DNA of 61,273 bases, counting the filler, from Asterionella formosa (taxonomy: Eukaryota): assembly GCA_002256025.1 (NCBI GenBank). It is 14 parts of 14 records of this genome, joined end to end, with 100 filler letters (N's around TTAATTAATTAA, not from the genome) between each part and the next. Parts side by side here need not be neighbours in the genome. Positions count along the whole stretch, not along the records: positions 30,730 to 35,011 come from NKIB01013608.1; positions 35,112 to 39,392 come from NKIB01013609.1; positions 39,493 to 43,772 come from NKIB01013610.1; 11 more parts are not named here. One strand, given 5' to 3'. Shown here in pieces: positions 32,100-43,872 of the stretch; the stretch's first letter is position 1, and the number at the start of each line of letters is the position of its first letter. The translations under genes and the position numbers were made by a program. The notes beneath the pieces are model-generated. The model searched no databases. It saw only the letters and a list, made by a program, of their open reading frames with translations, and was not told the DNA's origin.

Positions 32100-33270
32100 T
32101 TCATGTTCGTTATCTTGCAAAATTCTTCAAGTTGATTGGTGATTATGAATCACTGTTGATGCTTAGGGGCAAATTTCCTGAAAACTGTCCATCCATGAAG
32201 GTAGAATCCCTTGTAATGTATGTATGGTGGGAATACAATGCATCTAGCTCCTAGTATGACATTAGTGGCGGATCTTGGTGGAAAGGAAATGGTTGATGTT
32301 ACTGGGCATCTTATTAAATTTCGTGGGGTTTGATGAATGCCCCTGAAAAGCAAGCGTAAGGGATTTTGTACTGCAGTATGGTGCATTCATAAGGCTCACA
32401 CCAATCAAACTGGTAACTACATACAGGCTTGTCAAGATTTCCGTGATATGCCCTTTGATGAGTGGTATAAGAAGGGATGCAGTGCCCACAAGAAGGGTCA
32501 TCCTGCTCTACTTAGATCTGGTAGTCTTGTATATGACTCAGTCTTGACAGATTGTGTGGATAGAATTGGAATGAATAGATGAGACTAGCAACTTGAGGCA
32601 ACCTACAGAGCAGCTCCTACTTTGCAGGGTGGTAAAACAGTTGCGTGATCTTCTTCTGTCCAGCAATTCCTTAATCCAGCCACTTGCATACATTTGCTAT
32701 CATCCAGATTTCTATTTGTCTGTTCCTTCGCTTTGATGACATCGTTGACACCAAGCTAGACCATTTCGTAAGTATTTTGTCTTTGATGATGCTGGAAATA
32801 TCCGAGCTCTTTGTCTAAAAGTCTTTGGGAAGTCAGACGAAAATTGGGTGAATCTGTTCCTCGCTCTGGATCGATGAAGAATTGACCGAGTTTTGTCCAA
32901 TGTCACTCCTACTGTCTTATTTGCACTATGCAAAGATCAATGGAGGTTTTCTTTTTGCTTCCTACAGAGGAAAAGTTGAAATGTTCACCAGCTAATGGCA
33001 TTTTTGTCACTCAGATGTTCTACAAAGTGGGAACAAACCGGTGAGCTAAACTTGTTCGGGAGGTACTTGGTATGCACATGTTTTGTAGGACGGGGTACCG
33101 ATTTGGTTGTTGGGTTGGTGGAGCTGTGGAATCCTTGATGAAATCTGCTCATCACCAGTCACTCAAGACAGCAATGTAATATGTTGAGGATTCAGATGCC
33201 AAGCTAGCAACTTCCTACATACACAACAATCATTTTAAAAAAGTGCGTCCATTTAAGTCTAGTGTCGTTT
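32100..33270 (+). pseudogene. Decayed Crypton-like tyrosine recombinase gene
   Basis: Manual translation across frameshifts gives FFKLIGDYESLLML...CPSM, ISICLFLRFDD (Arg at 32729), VFGKSD (Lys at 32830), FCPMSLLLSY, and LGMHMFCRTGYRFGCWVGG...KSAHHQSLKTAM*YVED (33075-33182). This is the R-K-HxxR-H-Y order once CpG transitions are reversed. Not visible in the ORF track. Confidence 0.75.
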
Positions 33271-34879
33271 GTTTCACGATCAAATTTTAAAGTACAATGT
33301 ACTACTAAAGCTAGAAATTGCACTCGTGCCAGGTTTGACACTCCTTCATAGTCACATTGGTTTCTTACAAACTCTTGGATGTCTTCCATTCCCGCATGTC
33401 CATACTGGTGCAAGACGGACGACGCTCCCAGTGACGTTTGGTATGGTCCTGAATTGGTCGTGATTCCGAGCATTAAAGCAAGATCCACCGTTTCCACCCA
33501 CAAGCGCTCCTGCTGTAAAGTATTTGTTCAAGTCCCTCTTTCATTTTAGTAGCTATGTAGTGACATGCTCCTGGACCCATGATAGCTGATTCTATTAGCT
33601 ACCTGGTGCTGCAGCTCCTCCCGCGCTGATGTCTTAGCTGGGCAAGTAGTAATCACATGATTAATGTCCTCGTTGAGGCGTTTGCATTGAAAACATCTGT
33701 TATCCATGCTTTTGTTTTATTTACTACAATGACGAATCATCGCCAACAAATTAAATTCCAATATAATGCCGTCATTTACCGTGAACCTCTGAGTGTTTGC
33801 TTGCCTCATGTCTTGCTGTCCAATCCACCATGTCGTAAATTTCGGTTGTTGTATCGTTGTATCCCAACCAGCTACATGAATTATATACTTCTCCGTATCA
33901 GCACGATATGCCGCGATACGAATGGCCATTGGTATTTTTCTTGACACCACAGTATTGCGTATTTTTAGGGATGCTGAATGTCCCGGAGGTAGTTGGTATG
34001 TTTGTGCTGGAGAACCAAGACATCGTGTACAGGTCCGCACCATTGTGGCTTGATGGTCACAATTGCAGTTTAATTTGGCCTTCCATCATGAAAATTCCTC
34101 ATAAGCGCAGTCATTGTCTTGGTGTGCCTTAACATATTCTTATATTAAATCAATGTTATGACAATCAGCCAATTTCATTATCAGCACCTGTAGTAGATCG
34201 AAATCTGTGTGAAGTTTCCCTGAGGGGCCGCTGTGTTTTCATTTCCTGATTTGAGAAATGAGCGAGTGCTTAATTATTGATGAACACTGGCAATTGAATT
34301 TGCTGCGGATTAGGGCTCCTTGGAATTGACAGTAAAATATGAACTGTGGCTGCTAAGAATCCTCCTAGTAAAAACCCCATCTCTGGGCGTAGTAAGGAAG
34401 AAATTTCCTGACACCCGCTCAATACCCAGCGGCGGCCATAGGCTTGAGATTAAGTGTTCTTATCATGAAGTTTCCACCTGTGGGTAGCAGTCTTTTTTGT
34501 GGAGATTAAGGACCCATCGTATGTTAAGAACAAGGCAACCAGTATAACAACATTCAGAATTGGATTGGAGGGAAAGTGGAAGCGAAAGCTCCAATCAGTT
34601 TGATGAGAGAATTGTAGAACATTCTGTAGCCACTCAAGTTGTGATAGAAGCATAGAACCATTTCTAAATAAAGGTTATAAAATTTCGATTCATTTCATCC
34701 TATTTGATCAGTGATTTCGATGATAATTACGATCATGTTGCTTAAGTTAGATGTATGACAAAAGTATACACATCATAGGACCATGTTTAAGTAAATATAT
34801 GATTCAATGGTATTATAAGCATGATAATATCATCATACTTAACGCTTGGTAAAAGTTAACTGCATGATCATAACTATAT

Positions 34880-34895
34880 CGTCTGCAAATAAAAA
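34880..34895 (+). repeat. Conserved element terminus CGTCTGCAAATAAAAA
   Basis: The exact 16-mer also occurs on the minus strand at 35384-35399 and 42234-42249. Each copy has AT-rich, ATCAT-rich sequence on the inner side and unrelated outer flanks. Confidence 0.65.
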
Positions 34896-35441
34896 CTATC
34901 ATATTTCCATGATGCATCATAGGATTGTGATCATCTGATCATAATTTTTCGTTGTATCATCTAATAATTTTGATAAATGCCCTTGTAATTTAAATAGTAA
35001 CCCTTTTGACTNNNNNNNNNNNNNNNNNNNNNNNNNNNNNNNNNNNNNNNNNNNNTTAATTAATTAANNNNNNNNNNNNNNNNNNNNNNNNNNNNNNNNN
35101 NNNNNNNNNNNTGTAGTAAAAATTTACATTTGGCAATCACGAGAAGTGAAAATAATATGAGCACGCTTATGATATTCATGAGAAATGTTGTTGATCAGTT
35201 GATATACATTGTGTGATGATAATGTTCTTATTATCATTATACTTCAAGGTCCGTAAGATATTAATAAATCATCATAGTTATAGGATACCTTAATCATAGT
35301 TTTGATCCAAAAATAATCATATATACGAAAATCCTGTGCCACTTAGCTAGCGTACAATACCCTTGATCCTATATGCCTGATACTTTTTATTTGCAGACGA
35401 AGCGAGCTGCCATCAAGCTCAAACTATAAGGAGGCACGGCA

Positions 35442-35880
35442 ATGGGGATCATAGGAAAATGGTGTGGCAGACAATTTGTTACAGACATAATTATTTTCAT
35501 CAACCAACATCAGAGGAAAGACAGGGAAATAATTTTGATGATGGATGCCAATGAGGAAATTGGAATAAACTCCAAGGGAATCGCAACACTGCTAAGTGAA
35601 TGCTCATTGACAGATTTACTACAACACAGGCATCCTACTTTACAATCCCCAGTTACATACAACAGGGGTACAAAATCAATAGATTATATATTGGGAACAT
35701 CACATTTCAATGAGGCAGTGGAAAGGTGCGGGATAATTCCTTTTTATCATCACATACAAGCAGAACATCGAGCAATATACATCGATTTTCATGCAAACAA
35801 GCTAGTAGGAGGAAACCAACATGATATCGTAGCATTCAAAAGTAGACAATTACAGTATACAAATACAGAAGCAAGAATGC
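35442..35880 (+). pseudogene. Fragment of a non-LTR retrotransposon (LINE) AP-endonuclease domain
   Basis: APE motifs IILMMDANE, TYNRGTKSIDYILG and AEHRAIYIDF (SDHR-equivalent). No RT follows. Confidence 0.8.
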
Positions 35881-36889
35881 AGGAAATATCTTACGGTGCT
35901 GAGTTGTTCGGGAGTGGTGGAGTGATCATGTGAGGCTTCGTTGTTGGGGATGATGATCATGATGCTGGCTGCAAAGGCTTGTTAGCTTCGAAAAACACTG
36001 GTTGGGCGATGGATCCCAATCCGAGGAGGGCTACATAGGCCGTTGCCAACTGTCCTCAGTTATTGCCTGTGAGGACGATATGATTGTGGTAGAAGTGAAA
36101 ATTGTGGTAAAGAGGAGGATCTATCATTGCATGTAATTTGAAGAGAGTGTTGGTTAGGAGGATTTGACGAGTTTCTGGCATGGTTGCTGCGTGCTCAACA
36201 AGCAAGGTTGCAAAGTGATGAAACATCATGGTCAATAGATTGTTCCATAAAATAGTTCTTCCAGGTGTTTGTGAGTATCATGTTGCTAGAGATGTTGTTT
36301 ATTGATATGGCTGGACTATAAATTGCAAAAGGCTTGGTGATGCTTTAGACTGCTTCTCTGAATCATTATTCAAAGAATTGTGCGCTTCACCCCCGAACTT
36401 ATTCACTTGTTTAAATCTCGCCTGGTTGCTGTATTCTTCCCTTGTCTTAGCTGCCGAATCTTGGTTGTTTGATTCAACTCTAAAAGCTAGAACTTAATAG
36501 TTGTGTTGTTGCTATGTTAATATCTCAGCTTCGACTCCTTCGATTCGCATCGCCTGGGTTGTATAGTAAGGTGCTCGCCTGGTATAACTCCATCATGTCT
36601 GTCCTTGTCCATATAAAGTACCGGTTGTACACAAGTACATACCAGTAGTTTGCAGGCTTCTTGTCCTGTTTACTACATTTTGCAGCTGCGCAAGACCATC
36701 ACCAAAACCCACAGTACGACTGGATGCATGTACCATAAGCACCAAAATCAGACAAAAGTAGCTCTCATGATCAAGTATCAGTATGGTACGGTGGGTGTAG
36801 TATCATTCAAACAAAAGATCAACTAAAAGCAACAATCCATCAGCCATGGTGACCAAGAAGTAGCGCACTAATAACACCAACAAGAAGAT

Positions 36890-37832
36890 TGACATTCAAG
36901 GGTAAGACTTTCTCCTTCCTTTTGCTTTGTAGTGAAAAGCATTTTCATTGCATCTAAAATGATCTCCTGATAATTTAGTGCATGTTCTTTTATTGCAATA
37001 AGCAATGTTATTGGGTTATTCTCAATCTTATTCTTCATGGCTTTGTAGCATCTTTCCCAGAGCAACTCATATGCCTTGGTATTAATGTTTTTGTAGATCT
37101 TTATGCTCTTGCTATACTAAGCATCGTAATTGGCCAAAAATCGATTTCAAATTGTCGATTGAGTACAAAGCAATCTCCTTCTGTTGTAGCAGAGGAGCTC
37201 AGCTGTATTCTTGGCTTCCATGCCAATCATGTGTTCATTGGTTCTAAAAATTTGAGCGCAGTTCCCATGTCATTGCCATAATCAAATAAATTCTTGATGA
37301 AGTTGATCAGGTACTCTGTGGTAGTTTCAAAAATCAGATGCCTGCTTTGCCGATCAGAGGTAATAGTTGTAGTCATTGATAGACCTCGTGTTGGAATGGG
37401 ATGCAGGATTGCTCCCTCCCTTGGCTTGGAACCTGCCCTTGACTTGAGCCATCTTGGTGAACTTTCCTTTGCCACTCATCTTGCACCTTTTGAGACTTCT
37501 TCAGACTCTGTATGGTCTGGTACCCTCGATTCTTTACTCTGGACTCTCCACAGTCCGCTTTATGTTGTTTCTTGACTTGCGGCACTTCCTGGCTGGATGA
37601 TTCAATTAAAACCACTGTTGAAATTGCATCCCAAAGCCTTATATTGCTATCTTGTATCCTGTAAGGACACATCAGGGACCAAATAGGTTGAAGATATGAA
37701 CAACAATGTTGTAGAGATCAATTTTAATCGTTCCTAAACGTTTTAATTGAACTATGGGTTTTAATGTTGGTGCAGATTGTTTTCGAACCTGATTTTGGTA
37801 CCATATACTTTTTTGATTCATTCGATTCAACA
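36890..37832 (-). mobile_element. CoDi-like copia family B relic: 5' LTR plus degenerate gag
   Basis: Gag-like peptides across frameshifts: LNDYNYYL.SAKQASDFETTTEYLINFIKNLFDYGNDMGTAL and LWERCYKAMKNKIENNPITLLIAIKEHALNYQE...TTKQKEGESL. An LTR-like block lies upstream. Confidence 0.8.
37616..37832 (-). repeat. Family B LTR (217 bp), TGTTGAA...TTCAACA on the minus strand
   Basis: Perfect 7-bp terminal inverted repeats, positioned just upstream of gag. Only one copy is visible. Confidence 0.7.
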
Positions 37833-38453
37833 TATATATGTATGTAGGTAATTTCATACTGGGCAGTCTCCAAATATAATTTCTCAAACAATGACCATCT
37901 GTGCTTTTTAAGTAGCAAGTTGATGTTGTTGGAGATGGAGATGGAGTATATCATGATCCACATCATTCATTACGAAGCAGCCACAGGTAACGCTGGACAC
38001 AATGCAATGGTAGGTAGAACGACATTGTAATAATCATATCGAATCGATACCAGTTGATGGCAAGCCCTATTGGCTTGCTTGATAATTTTCTTTCGTTCCT
38101 CCCGATTCAGTGATGCCACTGGATCAGTTCGAGTCTTTCTTGACATTTTACAAAGTTTTATCTGATGATTCATGGGGTTTCTGTTTTTGTTTGTACCTGG
38201 TTACTTCAATAGTGTCTTTATAACAAAATGTCATCATGTAGTATTGCCTTGCTGTTGCCTCACTGGTACCAGGTATACTTCCTTCTGTTTCAAAGCTATG
38301 ATGTCTGAGCACAGATCGGGTACCTGTATATAGTCTTCTGTCATACTGTAGGTCCAGGTACAGATGCGCTCACGGACTATCATAGCTCTAAAAAGTGAAA
38401 ATCGTCAATAGGCAGAACATACATGAACAATGGTGAATTGCTTTTTAGAGTAA

Positions 38454-38562
38454 AATGTCACAATTTGCTTATAGCACTTTCAATAAACATTCTGTTGAGG
38501 CAGATTAATGTCACAATTTGCTTATATCACTTTCAATAAACATTCTGTCGAGGCAGATTAAT
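38454..38562 (+). repeat. 53-bp tandem duplication
   Basis: AATGTCACAATTTGCTTATA.CACTTTCAATAAACATTCTGT.GAGGCAGATT twice, with 2 mismatches. Confidence 0.9.
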
Positions 38563-39492
38563 TTCATTGATTATGATTAAGAGTTCAAGGCATTTTATGT
38601 TAACAAAGGGCAAACTGGCGCATGATTCCATCAACTAGAAATGCTTGGTTTCATCACTTCCCCTGACTTTGAAAAAAAGCTGGTATTTGATCCTCAACTT
38701 TATAATCATATGTACACACCAAGCTCATGTAACATTTAATTCATTCATGTAATTGATGTAAAAGCAAGCTGCAAAGGACCATGTAATGATGCATACTGCA
38801 ACATTGACACTCTTTTCAATAAAATTATTCTCATGGTTCATGGCCCACATAGGACAGATTGGCATCATATGGATTATTAATTGTTCAAATGATTGAGCTG
38901 GCTCAAGTCTCAGTGCACCAGAAACCTTGGACTAAAAATAGTACAAGCTCCTCTGGACAGCTGCAATGGACTTGCCTTTCGCAAAATATTCCAAAATTCC
39001 TGTCCATATAAATGTCGTCTATCAGCAAAAGGGTCTGTGCATTGCTCTTGTCAGCTTGATCATATGTTGGTTGCTTGTGCCTCAGAAACCACAAATACCT
39101 ATAGAAGCATCATTTCATTTCATTTCATAAATTGCATTTCAGCTAATACAACAATAAATTCCACAAGAATCAAAGATTAAGTTTGGTAACCCCCAAAAAG
39201 CTCAGTGAGCTAGTTTGGTACAAAACCAAACACCAAAAGACATCACGACAATCAAAGACAGCACTACATAATTCACTGCCATCCATCCCTCCAATCCACC
39301 CCCACCCCCTTCAAACACATATCCTGTAGATAGAGCAAGCGATCCAGCAAATAAGAACATGATAAAATCATTGGCTGCTTGTACTTTTGTTTNNNNNNNN
39401 NNNNNNNNNNNNNNNNNNNNNNNNNNNNNNNNNNNNTTAATTAATTAANNNNNNNNNNNNNNNNNNNNNNNNNNNNNNNNNNNNNNNNNNNN

Positions 39493-39800
39493 CATATCTT
39501 CAAAACTGAGCAAATGACGACCAAAAAAACTTCCAGCGTTGATTTCAAATTTTGTTGTCAATACTGGTACAAAAAAATTTATTTTTTAAATAATAATCTC
39601 GTCTATGTTAGTCTACATACATGTGCGAACTAGGAATGGTTCATTGTCAATATTCGTGAAGATATTCAAATCCATAATTTCGTCAGGGTCAAGATGGAGT
39701 TGCTGTCTCATCGACCCCATACCACAGGCAGCTGTACAAACACACATGCAAGCAATACTGGTAGGACCCAGTAGTATGTATGCCAAGCATATATAATATA
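39493..39800 (+). repeat. Long inverted repeat, left arm (partner 43465-43772)
   Basis: The two contig ends are reverse complements over ~310 bp. The outer 127 bp are identical. Confidence 0.92.
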
Positions 39801-40351
39801 CATCACTATATGATGTGTACCTGTGTTGTGGTACTATCAGTTGGAATACACATGTAACCCTGTAGGTCTGTCATTACTACTTGACAATAAAAGTCCACAT
39901 CATACATATCGGCATTCTACTTGGAAATGTCATGCTATGTATCCATGAATTACTTTTTGTCAAAAGTCCACAAATATCTAGTTCTTCCAACTTATCTCAG
40001 AATTCCTCCTCTGAAGAGGATGATAGCATCTTGCAGAGTCCAGGAGATAGTTCGTCAGATGATAGTGCTTCCTCTTCTGGGAAAAAAGGGGTACATCCTA
40101 ATAACTTTTCCATCCTGACATTGTCACCTGCAGGCAACACTCCAGCACGGATGAGGGGGACGCCATAACACTTTCTCGTACAAAAAAGGCGACATTGGTA
40201 TCTATTGTCACCTCGTACTCAGGCTAAAACACGTTTTGTACAGACAAGTTGACGACATTGGTATCGTCTATTGGTGATGGAGAGGACGCAATAACACGTT
40301 GTTTTCGTACTACCAAGCTGACATTGATATCTATTGTCATCTCGTACTTAG

Positions 40352-40667
40352 GTTAAAAGTAAGATCAAATGAGCTAAAAGTTGTTATCTGTGATCCTATT
40401 TATTGGCAATCATATCTAACCAGAAAGTATGATCTGTAATTTTTTAGTAGTAAGATATAGTCATGTTAAAAGTAAGATCAAAAAGGCTAAAAATTGTTAT
40501 CTGTGATCATATTTATTGGCAATTGTATCTAGCCAAAGTATGATCTGTAATTTTTTTTTAGCAGTAAGATATATTCATGTTAAAAATAAGATCAACAAAG
40601 CTAAAAATTTTCATCTGTGATCATATTTATTGGCAATCATTTCTAACCAGGAGGTATGATCTGTAAA
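40352..40667 (+). repeat. Tandem repeat, ~116-bp unit, ~2.7 copies
   Basis: TTAAAAGTAAGATCAAA...TATCTGTGATCATATTTATTGGCAAT...GTATGATCTGTAA occurs three times. Confidence 0.85.
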
Positions 40668-41669
40668 TCATAAAGATTGATTCGAGCGATTCATCTACTG
40701 GTAAATATTTTATGATTTGTACCATATGAAAAATTTCGTATGACTCCCGCTAATTGAGGGACTTAATTAAATTACTTACTTGTAGGTACAAGAATTGACG
40801 CGGAAAAATTCAAAGACAGTACATCAGGTCGTGGAAAACAATGATATTCTCATGCATTGTATATATTTGAATTATGTATAAGCTTAATTGATGATAGTAT
40901 AAACATTATATCTATATATATTTATACGTTTGTTAGGTTTAATAAATGTATACATAGCCTATACATTTGAAATCATGTTTAGAGGTTCCTTGTTATGCCT
41001 ACCGGTACCACGTGATCCTGACATGAAAGATAAGCAATCTCTGCCCTGTGACAAGGAAACCTGAATGAACGACGCTTCAACGCACACAATGATGATAAAC
41101 CTTGCGGTTTAGAAGGATAAAACTTGGAAGAGTTAATGGAATCTAGCTATAGTATGTCAAGAGTACATGCCAAGGTGATCAATTGTTGGGTTCACAAAGA
41201 CTAAATGATTGCCTCCTTCCCTAGCAATTCAAAAGCACATTTCGCATTCAGCGGGATACCACCAATGTCGACCAAAAACTTGTAAATGCTCTTGTTGGAT
41301 TAATGAGCCACTGTTAGGAAATCACTGACATATGTTTGTTTTTCAATCTTTCAGGATAATTTTAATCAAAGATTTTTGTTGTAAGTTATGAATGACGTTT
41401 TTATTGGTGGAATGGTTTATTGATTTTTACTTATGTGATCATTGACTGATACATTATTTTACTGCATTATGCAAAAAGTTCATCGATTTCTGGTAAGTGG
41501 AGCATGCTAAAATGGGACTGCAGTGTTGAGATATAAACAAAAGATGGCTAACGAGCGAGTAATTCCTTCTCATTGTTGTTATGATTAGGAAATCAAAATA
41601 GATAAAACAGAATCGGATCAAATGGAAATGGGATTCACAGCATGAAGTCAGATGAGTTTCAGAATCTGA

Positions 41670-41890
41670 GTGGAAGGGAGGCGGGAGGCATGCATCAAGA
41701 GAGTTGAAGGCAGGATGCAATACATTCTCAAGAGCATTGAAAGGAAGCGGGGGAGAGGCAGGCATCCTCAAGAGCATTGAAGGGAAGCGGGAGGCATGTA
41801 TCCTTAAGAGCATTGAAGGGAAGCGGGGGAGGCATGCATCCTCACGAGCATTGCAGGGAGGCAGGAGGCATGCATCAAGAGCATTGAGAC
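41670..41890 (+). repeat. Purine-rich minisatellite, ~35-40-bp unit, ~6 copies
   Basis: Variants of GGCATGCATCCTCAAGAGCATTGAAGGGAAGCGGG(G)A in tandem. Confidence 0.85.
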
Positions 41891-42462
41891 AAGAATAGAA
41901 AAGGGGAATATTGGCTGTTTAACCACACAAAATGTAGAATCATAAAAATGATTTCGTGATACAACAGTAAAATTACAATCCATTTCAACCTATTTTTAAC
42001 AGCTATTTTGATTAGAGGTACCATCATATAAGGCAGGATAGGTATATGATAAAAGAATATACATCATAGAATAATGTTTTGATAATTATATGGTGGTTTG
42101 ATAATTATGAGTAAGCTTAGCCTGTTCACTTTCATAGTAGGCATTTATCATACATATAACAAAATATGTATCATGCACAGAAAAATTCTGTGCCAGTTAT
42201 TGTATGAAACCCCTGATCTTATAACTACAATATTTTTTATTTGCAGACGGGGGCCAAGTGCGACTTCACAACCTCCATTATTGTCGAGTTCTTTAACAAT
42301 AGCGTACTATAAAATTTACTCAATAATTTATATATATATATTTTGTTTGCTTGTTTCTCTATAAACTTCTCTTTATCCTCGCCTTTACATTCAGTCCCAT
42401 CATCTGGTACATCTAGATATCATGAAATCTTTAAAACATCGACATTAGTATGTTCATTGAAA

Positions 42463-43256
42463 GTTGATAAAAATAATTATTGATTTGCTAGATATTTGGT
42501 CAGAAAAAGTATCATGCATTCCTGTACTAACTCATTGTGCATTTTCGCACTCTTTTGTGCAAAACGTTTAATGGAACTGTCAGGAAACCAACCTCAATCT
42601 ACTGCCGATTTCAATGATAATACAAAAACTGTTCATATCTTTTGATATTCTTTTCAGCAAAAAATTAGTAAACAAAAAGAGTGCGCTCCATGGCCCTTGC
42701 AATGTGCAGGAGTTATGTAAACGAAATTCTGTGTTCTTGGCACTTTTCAGGATGGCGCGTTTTGTTTCGCGCCTTTGAAATGAATGTTTAATTTGTTTGT
42801 TGCATTTTACTTCTGTACTTTTCCTGTGTGGAGTGTTTGGATGCAGTGTTACGGATTTTTCTGGGCATACTACTATGGGAAGTACTTGCTGATCTGATGT
42901 TGGCCTGTGATAGCCAGTTGTTTAGGTGCCGTCATAATAAATTCTGCTTGCTCCAAAAAATCCTTTCTTCTTTCTTAGACTCCTGGATTTAACCATGTCG
43001 GTTTCAATGATGGAAAATAGATGGCGATCCCAAGTGCAGATTTCATTCTCTTGTGTATATACCTTCTTGGTTTAAGTGTCATATTCAGATTTTGATATAC
43101 TTCGATTTTTCTTGTTGTGTAACAGTGCATTACTGTCCTCGTTCCATTACATTTTTTGCATAAAAGTGTCCGAAAATGCATAATGAGTTAGTCAGGGGAA
43201 CTCGGGATTACTTTTTTGACTAAATTTGTAGCAAATCAATAATAATTTCTATCAAT
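42463..43256. repeat. Diverged inverted repeat pair (~120-bp arms at 42463-42580 and 43135-43256), old MITE-like element
   Basis: TTATTGATTTGCTA...ACTAACTCATT.TGCATTTTCG...AATGGAAC is present in both orientations. No TSD identified. Confidence 0.65.
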
Positions 43257-43464
43257 GATATAATCTTTTCCTAACTAAATTTTTAATGAATTTTTTATTT
43301 AACATATTGAAAATCGAAAAATAAAAATAAATTTGTACTACTGTACATTTTGGCAAGAAATCGGATGCATAATGTATCAGATGTACTTACGTTTTCGACA
43401 TGGAACACATCATACATGCAGCAGACCTTGTATATACTTTGTACATTCAGTATATATAGCGTCA

Positions 43465-43772
43465 CATATTATATATGCCTGGCATACATACTACTGGGTA
43501 CTAACAGTACTGCTTGTATGTGTGTTTGCACAGCTGCCTGTGGTATGGGGTCGATGAGACAGCAACTCCATCTTGACCCTGACGAAATTATGGATTTGAA
43601 TATCTTCACGAATATTGACAATGAACCATTCCTAATTCACATGTTTATGTAGACTAACATAGACGAGATTATTATTTAAAAAATAAATTTTTTTGTACCA
43701 GTATTGACAACAAAATTTGAAATCAACGCTGGAAGTTTTTTTGGTCGTCATTTGCTCAGTTTTGAAGATATG
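43465..43772 (-). repeat. Long inverted repeat, right arm
   Basis: Reverse complement of 39493-39800. Confidence 0.92.
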
Positions 43773-43872
43773 NNNNNNNNNNNNNNNNNNNNNNNNNNNN
43801 NNNNNNNNNNNNNNNNTTAATTAATTAANNNNNNNNNNNNNNNNNNNNNNNNNNNNNNNNNNNNNNNNNNNN

